The translations under genes and the position numbers were made by a program. Under the pieces are notes generated by a model, which did not search any database, had not been told where the DNA came from, and worked only from the letters and a program-made list of their open reading frames with translations. 64,000 nucleotides of DNA from Octopus sinensis. Lineage: Eukaryota. How positions within the stretch are numbered: position 1 is the stretch's first letter; every line of letters starts with the position of its first letter. This document shows positions 1 to 14,300 of this stretch, in pieces. The DNA is taken from the NCBI RefSeq assembly GCF_006345805.1, contig NC_043000.1:114390001-114454000 (forward strand), in the 5' to 3' direction.

Positions 1-170
1 CATTGGAACTAAAAAATTTGAAGCTGCCACAAGAGAAAAGGAAGAAATCAAATGAGAGGAGAGAAAGGCTCAATGAAATCACTTCGTCCTTCACCAACAT
101 TGCTGTACAATCAATGCCATCAACTCTTCTATGCAAGAATTGGTCGAGAGAGACATCAATGGTATCACCA
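1..170 (+). mobile_element. Old RTE-type LINE C-terminal zinc-finger fragment
   Basis: KKFEAA...ERK and NQCHQLFYARIGRERH resemble CxxCxRxFxARIGLxSH. Confidence 0.45.
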
Positions 171-1529
171 TAAAGGAAGCATTCAGTAAAGAAGAAAAAA
201 AATACATGGATTTTGAGATAAAGTTGCTGCTGCCAATTCGTATGTATCTATGTGTGTGTGTGTCTTGTTTGTCCCCCACCACTGCTTGACAACAGTGTTG
301 GTGTGTTTACATCCCGGTTTCTCGAGCCATGCCTGGCTCATAAGGGCCAGTTTCCCAGTTTCCTTGGCGTATAGGTTCCCCACCAGGATGGGACGCCGGT
401 CCGTCGCAGGTGAGCTGCAAGATGCAGGAGGAAAGAGTAAGAGAAAGTTGTGGCGAAAGAGTCAGCAGAATTTTGCCATTACCTTCCACCGGAGCCACGT
501 GGAGCTTAGGTGTTTTGCTCATAAACACACACATCGCCCGGTCTGAGATTCGAACCCATGATCCCTCAATTGCGAGTCCGCTACTCTAACCACTAGGCCA
601 TATTTACATCCCCATAACTTGGTAGTTCATCAAGAGACCAGCAGAATAAATTACCAGATTTAAAATTAATAAAAAAAGTACTGGGATACTGGAAGCAATT
701 TATTCGATGAAAATTCTCCAGGGTGGAGCTCCAGTATGGCCACAGTCAAATGAGTGAAATAAGTAAATGGTAATATCAAATCTGTTCGGGGGTTTGAACG
801 GAGAAAAGGTAGACAGGAGACATCACAACAGAGGCAACCAACCTCACTAACAATCCCCTACTACTGCTACTGCTGCTACTGAATATTTACAAATAAAAAT
901 TAAATGCTATTTATAGAAAACAATTAAGACTTTCATTAACAATTGGGTAATTTAGAGACTGTTCAACAATACCGATGATGGATCTCTATCTCAACGACAA
1001 CAACAACAACAGCAGCAGTATCAACAACAACAAATCGGAAAACATTGAATCTCTCACATTACAATCACAACACAAGATCTTATTTTTAAATGGTAAAAAT
1101 AAGACAATGCTGATATAATAGGTGTGGTTATGGTGGTGGTGGTGGTTGTGGTGGTTATGGTGGTGGTGGTGGCAGAAGAATGGTGTGGTGGTGGTGGTAG
1201 CCTTTGGCGGTGATGATGAAAGTATGATAATGGTTGTGAGGGTGAGGGTGGTGTTGTGAGGATGCAGACAATGAGATAAGGTGGTATGGGTAGTAGCAGT
1301 AATGGTGATGATGAGAGAATGATAGCACAGTGATGGTGTAGACAAAGCGAGATAAGATGGGTGGTAGCGATGGTGTTTGGAGCATTGTTTGGTGGTGGTA
1401 TATAGGTGATGTAGAGAAGGTGAGTTGTGATGATGATGGTGAAATGGTATTCGGGATAGAATAATTTATTTCATAACAGAAAAGTACAACTTGAATGTGA
1501 TGAGAACACTTAAAATGAACTGATTATGT

Positions 1530-2030
1530 AGAGAGAGAGAGAGTTGCATGGGAGAGAGAGGTGCATGGGAGAGAGAGGTGCATGGGAGAAAAGAGGTGCA
1601 TGGGAGAGAGAGGTGCATGGGAGAGAGAGGTGCATGGGAGAGAGAGTTGCATGGGAAGAGAGTTGCATGAGAGAGAGAGTTGCATGGGAGAGAGAGAGAG
1701 ACAGAGAGAGTTGCATGGGAGAGAGAGAGACAGAGAGAGTTGCATGGGAGAGAGAGAGACAGAGAGAGTTGCATGGGAGGGAGGGAGAGAGAGAGAAAGT
1801 GAGAGAGTTGCATAGGAGAGAAAGAGAGAGTTGCAAGGGGGAGAGAGAGTTGCAAGGGGAGAGAGAGACAGAGAGAGTTGCTTGGGGGGGAGAAAGACAG
1901 AGAGTTACATGGGAGAGAGAGAGAGAGAGTTGCATGGGAGAGAGAGAGAGAGTTGCATAGGAGAGAAAGAGAGAGAGTTGCATGGGGGAGAGAGTTGCAT
2001 GGAAGAGAGAGAGTTGCATGGGAGAGAGAG
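1530..2030 (+). repeat. Compound minisatellite: (GA)n interspersed with GTTGCATGG
   Basis: Directly visible; about 20 variable-length units. Confidence 0.9.
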
Positions 2031-5000
2031 AGTGTGTGTGTGTGTGTGAAAGAGCATGTGCTACAGTCCCCCCCACACACACACACACAAATAACATGGT
2101 CACATTGTTACATAGTCAAGCGACAGCATTTGAATGAAGGGAAAGCCGACTGCTAGGAGTCTAGGAGTGCACCAGGTTAGGAAATGACACAGCCATAACA
2201 CAGTCTCAGAGGATTCTAGAGGCCATTGAATTAGCAAACACACACACACACACACACACACAAACACCTGGGATTTGAATAAAAGTGAAAGTTGTATACT
2301 AATAAAGGATAATCGGTAAGTCTACCATATTAACAAACCACACACACACAGACATACCTTTTACTTGTTTCAGTCATTAGACCGCGACCATGCTGGGGCA
2401 TTGTCTTGAAAAATTTTTAGTCAGGTGAATCAACCCCAATACTTTCTTTTTAAGCCTACTACTTAATCTATCAATCTCTTTTGCCAAACCACTAAGTTAT
2501 GGGAATGTAAATATACATATATAGGTGTAGGAGTGGCTGTGTGGTAAATAGCTTGCTTACCAACCACGTAGTTCTGGGTTCAGTCCCACTGCGTGGCACC
2601 TCAGGCAAGTGTCTTCTATTATAGCCTCGGGCCAACCAAAGCCTTGTGAGTGAATTTGGTAGACGGAAACAGAAAGAAGCCCGTTGTATACATATATATG
2701 TGTGTATGTATGTGTGTGTGTGTGTGTCTGTGTTTGTCCCCCCAACATCGCTTGAGAACCGATGCTGGTGTGTTTACGTCACCGTAACTTAGCGGTTCAG
2801 CAAAAGAGATCAATAGAATAAGTCCTGGGGTCGATTTGCTTGACTTGCCGGTGGCATGTAAAAAGCACCCACTACACTCTCAGAGTGGTTGGCGTTAGGA
2901 AGGGCATCCAGCTGTAGAAACTCTGCCTGATCGGATTGGAGACGGTGCAGCCTTCTAGCTTGCCAGCCCTCAGTCAAACCATCCGACCCATGCCAGCATG
3001 GAAAGCAAATGTTAAACGACAATGATGATGATGATGATGAGGGACAATAAAATAAGGAAAGGGAAGTGACAGGGTCTGTTGAAATCAACAACGCATTTCA
3101 GCACCCTCCCCGCTAGATTCTTTTATTCTATTGTATGTTTCAGCATTGAGGCTATGGCCATGCTGGGGTACCACCAGATATGTACCTTTCTTTTAATGTT
3201 ATCTTTAGGGCAGCAAGATGGAAGAATTGTTAGCATGCTGGAAAAAATGCTTAACAACATTTCTTTTGACTTTGTTCTGAGTTCAAATGCCACTGGGGTC
3301 GACTTTGCGTTCCCTCTTTTCTGGGTCAATAAAATAAGCACTAGTTGAGCACTAGGGTTCAATGTAATTAACCTGCACCCTCCCCCCAAATTCCTACCCT
3401 TGGGCCAAAATTTGAAACCAATATTATCTTTAGGGCTGCAAGCTGGCAGAATCATTACCACTCCAGAAAAAAATGCTTAGCAGCATTTCTTCCAATTTTA
3501 TATTGTGAGTTTAGGTACCAGTGGGGTCAACTTTGCCTTCCATCCATTTGGGGGTCAATGAAATAAATACCAGTTGAGCATAGGGGAGGGGGCGTGTAAT
3601 TGACTTTTCCCCTCCCCCTAACTTGCTGGCCTTGTGCCAAGATGTGAAACCAATATCTTATTACACGTAGCCTCACTGATCAATAACGGAAGAGATGTTG
3701 TAGGGGTGAGCAAAATCAATAAATGGGAGCACCGGACCCCCAACCAAAACCTTCGTTACATCATTCAGACTAACTACAGTGTCAACATTTCTCTCTCTTT
3801 TGTCACATCACAATTACAACCACCACCAACACCATCACTGCTAAAATCACTACAACCATCATTATTGCCACCACCATCACCACCCCTCCTCCTCATCATG
3901 TTTATGGTAATTCAAAGGGGAAAGGAACAGGCAAATATTATATCAAAATTGAGATGAAGAGAAAGAGGCGAAAAGGGAAGAGAGATGTGGAAGGAGAGAG
4001 AAGGAAGAAGGCAGAGGTAAAGACCCTGTCATTTTAACAAAGGAGGTATTTTGTTGACACTTCAGATTGCATTCATTTCCGGAAATGTCAGCCGAGAGTG
4101 GGGGAGGATGAGGGATAACAAACACACACACACACACAACACATACACACACATCACAGGACTGAGGCTTGTGAATACATGTTTGTGTGTGTAATTATAC
4201 ACATATATATATTATGCACCCTACACAACATATACATATATACACTTATGTATATGCATGTGTGGAGGAACACATAACTGTATATTTACACACACATAAA
4301 GAGTATATTTATATATAATTATATAATCGACAGTTTGTCTTAAGCATAAAGGCTAAGGTCATGCACCAGTGTGGCCTTAGCCTTCATGGCTGAAACAAGC
4401 TATAGAATTACATATACATAGTAGGGTGTCAAGAGCACCATCCGAGCATGATCGTTGCCAGAGCAGCCAACTGGCTTCCATGCAGGTGGCACGTAAAAGG
4501 GCACCATTTGAGTGTGATCGTTACCAACATCGCCTTACTGGCACCTGTGCTGGTGGCATGTGTAAAGATTCGAGCGAGGTCATTGCCAGTACTGCCTGAC
4601 TGGCCCTCGTGCCGGTGGCACGTAAAAAGCACCCACTACACTCTCGGAGTGGTTGGCGTTAGGAAGGGCATCCAGTTGTAGAAACTCTGCCAAATCAAGA
4701 TTGGAGCCTGGTGCAGCCATCTGGTTCGCCAGCCCTCAATCAGAATCGTCCAACCCATGCTAGCATGGAAAGCGGACGTTAAACAATGATGATGATGGTG
4801 ATACACACATGTACACACATCTAAACATACACACATACAGACGTGTACACACACATACAAACATGAACAAAAAGAAAAGGGGTTGTTAGTCAAAGTTGAT
4901 CATATAGAAGACTATCAGTTACCAGTCTTGCTCAAAATACCAAACCTGCATGCAACACTAACAGTTGACCAAGCATAAAAATTCTCTTTTCTCCATTCCA

Positions 5001-6943
5001 CCAGGATTTATCTCAGAGAAAAGCCACCAACTTGGGCCGGTATAATTCAGCACTCGTGTCATTGCAGGGGTTGTGTCAGAATACAAAGAACCAAAAAGGA
5101 TACAGTAAACCGTCCCAGCTGACCCACAACCAGTTCTACCAATCTACTGTTCTGAGTTTTTCTTTTATTCTTTAACTTGTTTCAGTCATTTGACTGTGGC
5201 CATGCTGGAGCACTGCCTTTAGTCGAATAAATCAACCACAGGACTTATTCTTTGTAAACCTACAACTTATTCTATTGGTGTCTTTGGCGAACTGCTAAGT
5301 TACAGGGTTATAAACACACCAATATTGGTCGTAAGGCGATTTTGGGGGGACAAACACAGACACATACACCAATACATACACAAATATATATATGGCAGGC
5401 TTCTTTCAGTCTCCATCTACCAAGTCCAATCACAAGGCTTTGGACAGCTGAAGGCTATAGTAGAAGATATTGGCCAAAGGTCCCATGCAGTGGGACTGAA
5501 CCCAAGACCATGTGGTTGGGAAGCAAGCTTCTTACCACACAGCCATGTGTCTCTAAATGGGTATTTTAACAGCTAGAAATAGCAGCTGAATCTCTCTCTC
5601 AAAACATGAGCTGTCTTAAATACATGCTATGTAAATAATGGAGTTCCACACTTGGAGAAAATGGGATGGTCATTGCTGGATAACCTTTGAACATGCGGTC
5701 TGAACATTCGAGTAAACAGCAGCTACAAGTGGTCATCACGTGGTCATACAAACTGACAGAAACAACAGCCAAATCTTCCTCAGACTTCACCCCAACCATC
5801 GTACAAAAAGGGCGTTCAATAATATAGTCTTGGGTTTCCTAAACATATAAAAAAGATGAGATGGTCACAATTGGAATGCCTTTCATCTTGTAGGCTGGCT
5901 CAATAAGAGATGGCCTAGGGTTAAATAACATCATGGCAATCTATCTTCCTCTCTCAGTCTTATTCTCAGTTACTGCTGTTCCACAGTCACAATTAAATGG
6001 TAGAACCTCAAGGAATATTTATGAAAAAAAAGGAGAGAGAGAGACAGCGAAGGAGGGGGAATATAAGAGTGATGGGAAGAGGGAATGATGCTTAACTGTA
6101 CTGCACCCTTCTTCCACCTCTTGCTTTCATCACCTCCTCCCCCACCTTACTGCAGCAATATCAGAGAGAGAGAGAGATGGAGAGAGACAGAGAGGTAGGG
6201 CTACTGTTTATGTGACTAATATGACATGAGTAATTGTGTTAAGGGGAGGAGGAGGAGAGGGGGGAGTGGTAAGATGTGGTGGAAAGAAGAATAGTAGTAG
6301 TTACATCCTCTCTCCCTCCCTACCCCTCTCTCTCAATAAGCACAACTACTGCAACTACAACATCTATGATCACCACTACTACAACCGCTTCCTCCGCCAA
6401 CCTCATTGAAAACAACCGAGGCCTCTAGTGGTTGCTTAGCTTACTAGAAATAGCAGCTAAACCTCCACAAATCACATGCTACAATCTTAAGAATGAAAAG
6501 ATAGATAAATGAATGTTGCCCCCAATATGTCCCAATGTACAAAAAGACATGATGTCATGGCTGGAGTGCCTACGATCGCAGATCTGCTCAAACAGAGTTG
6601 ACCTGGAATTAACGGAACTTGCAACCATTGCTAAAAGTACAACCACCGCCAACAGCACTACAACCACCACCACCACCATCACTAAGAGTATCACCACCGC
6701 TACAGCAACCAAAACCATCACGAAATGTAACCCCGCTCCACAAGCACCAAAACTATCATAACACATACATGCATAATGTGTATGCATGTATGTGTGTGCA
6801 TAAGCACAAATGTGCGTGTGTGTGTGTGTGTGTGTGTACATGTGCTTGTATGGTATGTATTTACAATCAAGTGTAAAGGGGATTGTCCATATAGACAGAC
6901 ACACAATAAAATAGGAGAGAGTGAGAGAGAGGGAGGCAAGTGA

Positions 6944-6987
<44 letters not shown>

Positions 6988-7201
6988 ATGTATTGGTCAA
7001 GATTTATAAACATGTGAAAGTTGATAAGAGGAGTTTTATAACAGAGACAGAGGATAGAGTGTGTGTATGGGCATAGATAAGTATCTGTGTATATTACATA
7101 TAAAATTCCACCGAAACAGCTGTCATAATTATTAAACCCATTCGTGTTCTCTCTTTTTATGTGACATAATATATGTATGTGTATGTGTCATATACAAATA
7201 C

Positions 7202-7238
<37 letters not shown>

Positions 7239-7627
7239 CTAGCAGTATCGCCTGGCGTTGCTCTGGTTTGTTTCGACCCTTTCGAATTGGAATTTTTGAA
7301 AAGTAAAAATTTTGCCTCATGTAGCTTGTTATTCTCTTTAAGTGAACATTTTTCTGGTTGAAATACATTGTAAAATGGCGACACAGCAGTAAAAAAATCG
7401 TGAAAAATAGGGATTTTCATAGAAAAAAAAGCACTTTTTTGATGTAAATAATTTTTGGTGTTAACATGGTCCAATTTGAATTTCTTATTCTACAGAAGGA
7501 AGAGCAAGCCTTTTTCTATCATACTCTCAATTTTGGTCAACTTGTGCCGCAGGGTCTCGGAGGAGATAGTGTTAGTTGAAGGCTACCAAACCTGCCATAC
7601 ACAAACAACTTCAGCTTTATATATAGA
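7239..7627 (-). mobile_element. Non-autonomous Helitron, copy 1
   Basis: 5' TCTATATATAAAG; 3' imperfect hairpin (CCAGAGCAACGCCAGG) then CTAG; inserted between A and T. Confidence 0.8.
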
Positions 7628-7638
7628 TATATATATAG

Positions 7639-7960
7639 CTTGAGAGTGGATACAGGAATGTTGGTCAACCATGACTCAGATATAAGGACAAGCTAAAGAG
7701 TAACCTCTTAGAGATGAAGATAGCTCATATCACCTTTCAGCAAACAGCCTTGGAACGAACAAAATGGAAAATGATACTAAAATTGTAAAATGATATAAAA
7801 ATATTTGTTGCAACTCAGGGTGCAAGGCAATGGAGAGAAGTGGCTGCAGATATACCATCTGCACTGACCTGTAATCCTCAAGCTTGCAACGTCTGTGGCC
7901 TTCTTTGCAAATTGTTGGCAGGATTTAAATGTAACATTAAACATAAGCATTATGGTAGAC
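7639..7960 (+). mobile_element. Old RTE-type LINE C-terminal fragment
   Basis: GYRNVGQP*LRYKDKLKSNL...ALERTKWK followed by a CNVCGLLCK zinc-finger remnant. Confidence 0.6.
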
Positions 7961-9282
7961 AAAGAAAGAGTACACTGTCAGAGCCTCATAAATCGAAATC
8001 GACGGCAAGTATTTCAGGCCTTAACTTCTTATACTGACAGAGGGCTGGGTTGCATCCAGATCATAGCTCCTGGGTGTCCTTCCGCTGACACCTTTTAGCC
8101 ATTGGACATTTCATCTAGATGGAACTCCTCTTCCTTGACTCAGCTTCCAAACTTACACTTATATATGAAACAGCAGTAGTTGTTATGGTAGCAGTAAAAC
8201 ACTGTGTTGGTGTGTGTCTGTGTGTAAGTGTATATGCCTGTGTGTGAGTGTGTGTGCATGCCTGTGTGCGTGCGTGTCTGTATGCCTGTCTTATTGCATG
8301 TCTGTGTGTACACACCTAGTATTTATGCAAATGTGGGTTGTGTGTTCGCCTGTGTCAATGAGTGTGATGTGTGTCCCTGTGTGTAAATGTTTGAGTATGC
8401 ATCACTATAAACTTACAGTTAAGCGTAATTTTTCTCTGAATATTTGTGTACGTGTGCCTGTGTAAGTATACTTGGATCACAATAAGTATATATCTCAACC
8501 TTACAGCACCACCATTGTCCATCAACACGAACATAACTACTATTAGCACCTGAACCATTATTTAACCAAACTGCCAACTCCTTAATGGCCAACAACAGTC
8601 ACAATAGTATTGAGGTAAACAATTCCTTCTAAATTGCATGAGATAATTGCAGGAGATAATGTGGCATCCTAGAGTACTTTAAATGTTAATGAGATTACTT
8701 TGATTTTAGGTTAGTGAAGATTGACTCGAAACTAAACAAGAACAGTATTGCCACTACCAATAACACCCCTCCCATCACCAAAATCAATACAAGCAACACC
8801 AACACAAAACAACCAGCTTTTGACTAACCAACTAAAAACAACAATAGTATCAGCATAATAGCAATGTCTGTAGCTACATATATTGTATGTCAACATAATT
8901 TGTGTGATGTGCCCGAACAGAGTGTGGAGTTTTCATGGCTCAGGTAAGAGGTGCAAGCAAATTTGCTGGGAAAGCTTTACAGAAGTTATGTGGGAAATTC
9001 ATGTTTCTGTATATATATATATGTGTGTATATATATATATATAAATCCAAATTGAGGGAATGGAACAGGTAAAATTCAGGTTACATGTTTCCTAGCTAGC
9101 AGAATCTCAAGAAATAAGTACTCAATAAGGGGTACTCCACTAGCTATTTATCAAGCCGAAGAAAAGCCTACAACCTTCTATGCCAATAAAATATTACTGT
9201 TCCGGGTATTTTTTTTTTTTTATACCTACCATGGGCAGCTTGAAAGTTACTAACTTCCTACACCTAGACCCTTGTAGTTTAC

Positions 9283-9357
<75 letters not shown>

Positions 9358-11296
9358 AAGACATATATATAAACATTTATTTTCCATGCTAGCGTGGGTT
9401 AGATGGTTTTATAAGACCCAGTGACCCACAGAACTGTGTCAAGTTTTAAAGTTCATTTCAGCATGGTTTCTAAGGCGAACCACTTTACAGTGTGTTCTGG
9501 GTACTTTTCACATGACACCAGCACTAATGAGTGCAGTTAATTAACTTGCACGATAGAAAAACTATACGAAAAAAAGTTTCCTCAACTATGTTTATTTCTT
9601 TGTTAGACAGACAGACAGATATAAATATCAGAGTTTGTATGATTGTATTGAAGAATCTATTAATCAATGAAATTCCAGCCTAGTCTGATTTTAATGTTTT
9701 ATTATTTCCAATTTTTACAATTTTACAATATTGAAGTATAGCTAGTACTTTCATGCGTTGCACAATCGTCAGGTATATATCATTATCATTATCGTTTAAC
9801 ATCCTCCTTCCATGCTGGCAAAGGTGGGACTACTGACATGAATATATAAATATATATAGACACAGACACACAAGTCAAATTTCAATTTTTATAAAATTGA
9901 ATAAAATAATGCTGAATACACACTTGTACATGGTGAACGAAATGAATAATAACAATAATAATATAATATAAATAAAATGTCAAATATTTTGGCGCATGGA
10001 ATTTTGGCCCACTTTGTATACTCATGTAAGTGATGAGAAATGGAGGAGTGAAGAAAGAGACAACAAAAAGATACAGTGAGAAAGAGAGAGACAGTGATAC
10101 AAATATATTGTGCATAGAGGAAGTTGTGAATAAATAGAACAATATGAGCGACTGTGTGGGAATGGGGAGTGAGAGGAGAGGAGAGCAGTACAGCTGCATA
10201 TGTTTCTATCAGCTGTATATATATATATTATATATATATAAATGACATTATACTCATGTGCATCTATCAAACAATGTGATGTTGTTGTTGGCCTGTGATC
10301 AAAGGCTTCCCAGACATGACCATTTCATCTTTTTATTTTTCAGAGCCAACATTATCCAATACACCGTTTTTTTGGGTTTTTTTTAAAGATTATAGGTTGT
10401 GATTTAAGAGATCTGATAGCCATTTCTAATAGAGTGAGCAAAACAGGCAGAAAAAAACAATGTACATGGAATTGGTAGAATGAAACTGAAAGAAACCCGT
10501 GTGTGTATGTGTGTGCATGCATGCATTTGTGCCAACTTATTAACATTGCATGATAGTTGCAAATATATGTCACCTCCACACTAGCCATGTTATTCACCAT
10601 GAAAACAAGTGAATGTTAGCAGCAGGAAGGGCACCTGACCAAAGAAAATTTGCCCCAATGAATTCCAACACACATACATGAATATGTATGCGTTTATGTA
10701 CAATTACATATCATCCCATCATTTAATGTTCATGTTCTGTACAGGCACTGGTCGGCTATCTGCTCAAAGTTTACTTTTAAGTCTGTTGTAGCCACAAATA
10801 CAGCCATTCTGGAGCATTATTTTCAATACACGTATGTGTGTATGTGGTATACACACATATACAATAACACACACACACACACAACTGCTGATCCCATACT
10901 GATATTTCTCCAGCTAGTACTTTCAAATCACCCATGATCTGGGAAAAGGAACAATCACAGCCTTCGCCAGCCTTCAGAAAGACAGATGAGAATAATGTGG
11001 TTTTTTATTGCTGTTTCTAGCAAATAGAGTGACTGCATAAAAGCTCTCCCATTGGTTTGTGTGACTCATTCTTAACTATTGTTATCCAGTCTTTATTAAA
11101 TAATTTTTGTTGTTTCCTAATGTACCACTTGAATCATGTGGTTAGGCTTTTGGAGACAATAGACAGTATATTGAGGGGGCTGCCTTCCGGAGAGACCAAA
11201 GAAAAAAGAAAGGAAAAAACTACTTTAAAAAATAATAGGCTGACAAAAGACAACTTGAGGAATATTACATTTATCATTTCAGCAAACAAGGGAGAT

Positions 11297-11340
11297 AACC
11301 CCGAACATATTTCAGTCTTCTTAGACATCCTCAGCAAAGT
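11297..11340 (-). ncRNA. Minimal type I hammerhead ribozyme motif
   Basis: ACTTTG-CTGAGGA-T-GTCT-AAGA-AGAC-T-GAAATATGTT-CGGGGT; stem I ACUUUG/CGGGGU includes three G-U pairs. Confidence 0.5.
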
Positions 11341-14300
11341 ATATGCTTCCTCAAAGCAGTGATAGAACCATCAAATTGATGTACAATATTGTATACGAGT
11401 AGGTGTTAAAAATTTAATTCATCTGTTGCATTTAACATGTTTTTCGATACTAGCAGGATTTAGACAGGAGGCAAATGAGGCAGTATATTTATGGTCAGAT
11501 GCTCTTCCTATCACCACCTCATGACTATTTTTCAAGTAAAAGATTGCCTATTCCAGAGGAATTCAAAAGCACAGCTATAGTGAATGATTTGTTGACAAGA
11601 AATGTCAACAAGTGTCACCAATTGCAGTCCAGCCACAAATGGAGGTGTCCTGTTTGGTAGCTATTGCTCACTGTACTTTGAAAACATTCACACACACACA
11701 GCAGGTTTCTTTCAATTTCCATCAATCAGATACTTTCACAAGGCAATGATCACTCTAGGGTTATACCAAAAAATACACTCACTCAAGATGCTATGCAGAG
11801 GGACTAGCACATTTAAAAAAAACAAAATATCTGAAGTTAATTACTCACAGATGCCATCTGCATGAAAAGCAATAGCTAAGTTAGTGTTAACATTAAAAAT
11901 GTAGTTTAGTATCAGTTAAGATCCACTAGTAGCAACCTAGACCGATTTACTGCAACCAATAAATGGAGTAGAATTTCAGTGTTGTTTAGCCACTAAGTTT
12001 GCCCTAATCAAGCAGACCTTCCATCAAGGGAGCGCCATCCATGACAAATATCCTTTTTAATTCAGACAATGTATTCATAAATACATTATCCAACAAGTGT
12101 TGTTCAGATGGGATTCAAGAGTGATTTGGCTGCTATTTCTAGTAGGTCAAATAACCCAATTGAGGGTTCCCTATTGGCTTGCCAAAATGGTGCAGTTTGT
12201 TGCTGTTTAGTGCCAGATCAGCCCTGATCAAGTCAGTCTATAATCAAAGAAGCTCTAATCATGACAATTCCATTTTTTTTTTTCTTTTTACATATGTAAT
12301 CTAAAACAGTGTCACATAAACAGCCCACTCAAAAGTACCTTGGATCATAGGATGACATGCCGTGCTTGAGGAGACATACTGAATCAAGTACATCAAAATC
12401 AAATCAAATGGAAATTGTAGTTGTGACCCCTGTGCCGGTAGCACATAAAAAGCACCATCCGAACATGGCTGATGCGAGAACCGCTTTGACTGGCTTCCAT
12501 GCCGGTGGCACATATTAAGCACCATCCGATCGTGGTCGATGCTAGCTCCTCTGGCCCATGCCAGTGACATGTAAAAAGCACCCACTACACTCTTGGAGTG
12601 GTTGGCGTTAGGAAGGACATCCAGCTGTAGAAACACTGCCAGATCAGATTGGTGCTGGTGCAGCCTCCTGGCTTCCCAGACCTCAGTCGAACCGTCCAGC
12701 CCATGCCAGCATGGAAAACGGACGTTAAATGATGATGATGATGTATTTAAGATTGCATTACCCCAATCCTACCATGTCTTGTCAATAAAGATTTGACTGC
12801 TATTTCTTCTGGGTCAAGCTGTCCCAGGAAGCTTCCTTGCTGGCCTGATTACAAGGTCAGTTCATGTCCAGTTCAAACCATTTCAGGTTAGAATTACTCC
12901 ACAACACCTGACAGACACACAAATATACACACAATTTCTAATAGTTACAAGGCCAAAAATTTTGAAGGAAAACAAACAGCCAACAGAATGCTTTCCAGTA
13001 AATGTTTGACAGATGTGTTCTTATGGATTGGAAGATAGGGGTGGGAGGACCGGCAGCCATAGTCCACTGAGGCAGACACAGAATAAAGCAAGAAAATATC
13101 TCAATTTGTGTGTAACAACAGTAAGAAGCAGTAGATCAAGATATCAAGATGACCCAAGACATGGTGGACTTTGCTAAAGACTTAACCGTTAAACTAGAGA
13201 GGAGACACAAGCTAAAGACTCTCAGATATTCATCAACATACTACATTTGCATGTATATACGATAATCTTTTATCTTTTATCTTTTACTTGTTTCAGTCAC
13301 TAGACTGTGGCCATGCTGGAGCACTGTCTTGAAGACTTTTCTGTCAAATTTTTTTAAGCCTCGTTCTTATTTTATCAATCTCTTTTGCCGAACTAATTTA
13401 TATGTACATAAACACACCAATACCAGTTGCCAAACGGAGGTGGGACACAGACGGACACACACACACAGATTTACATAACGGGCTTCTTTCAGTTTCCATC
13501 TACCAAATCCATTCACAAGGCTTAAGTCAGTCCAAAGCCATAGCAGAAGACACTTGCCCAAGGCGCCATGCAGTGAGATCATATGTATTATACGATGCAT
13601 GGAAAGAAATATTTATTTGTGAATTTATATAGTTTGTCTGTGTACATAAATAGACGGAATCCTTAGAGCTTTGAACAAAAATGACTCAGTATTTCTTTTC
13701 AACTCTAGGCACAAGGCCCAAATTTTGGGGGAGGGGACCAGTCGATTAGAGCAGCCCCTGTATACAACTGGTACTTAATTTATCGACCCCGACAGGGTGA
13801 AAAGCAAAATCAACCTTGGTGGAATTTGAACTCAGAACGTAAAGACAAACAAAATACTGCTAAGCATTTCGCCCAGCATGCTAATGTTTCTGCCATCTCA
13901 CTGCCTTTGATGCTTCTCAGTATTTGTACTAAGCCTCTCTGCTCCAAATTCAAATCCCACCACGGAGTCAACTTTACCTCGCATATTTTTCAAGGTTGAT
14001 AAGAAAGTACTGATCCAAGGGAGTGGGTTTATGGAACTGTTACAATACTGGACCAAATACCTTACAGTATTTGTTCCAGTTCTTTGAGTTCTGAGTTCAG
14101 ATTCCACCACAGCCTACATGGGTGCTACACTTAATACCTCACCCAGGCCAACATCACCACCTGGCAGTTTAGGTGCCTTTTGCAAAGCTCACTCTATAGC
14201 GAGCATTCAGGCCAGGCACCATTCTTCCTCTCTTCCACTGGTCTTGGAGGTCATGTAAAGGCTCATGGGTACAACCTTCCTTTCTGACTAAAAAAGATTT

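Noticed and set aside
1466-2156. Multiple long ORFs on both strands
   Set aside because: Translations of the GA/GTTGCATGG minisatellite; low complexity with no splice or homology support.
2524-2600. tRNA-like A/B boxes here and at many other sites
   Set aside because: These are SINE heads: no complete cloverleaf, and each continues into a SINE body.
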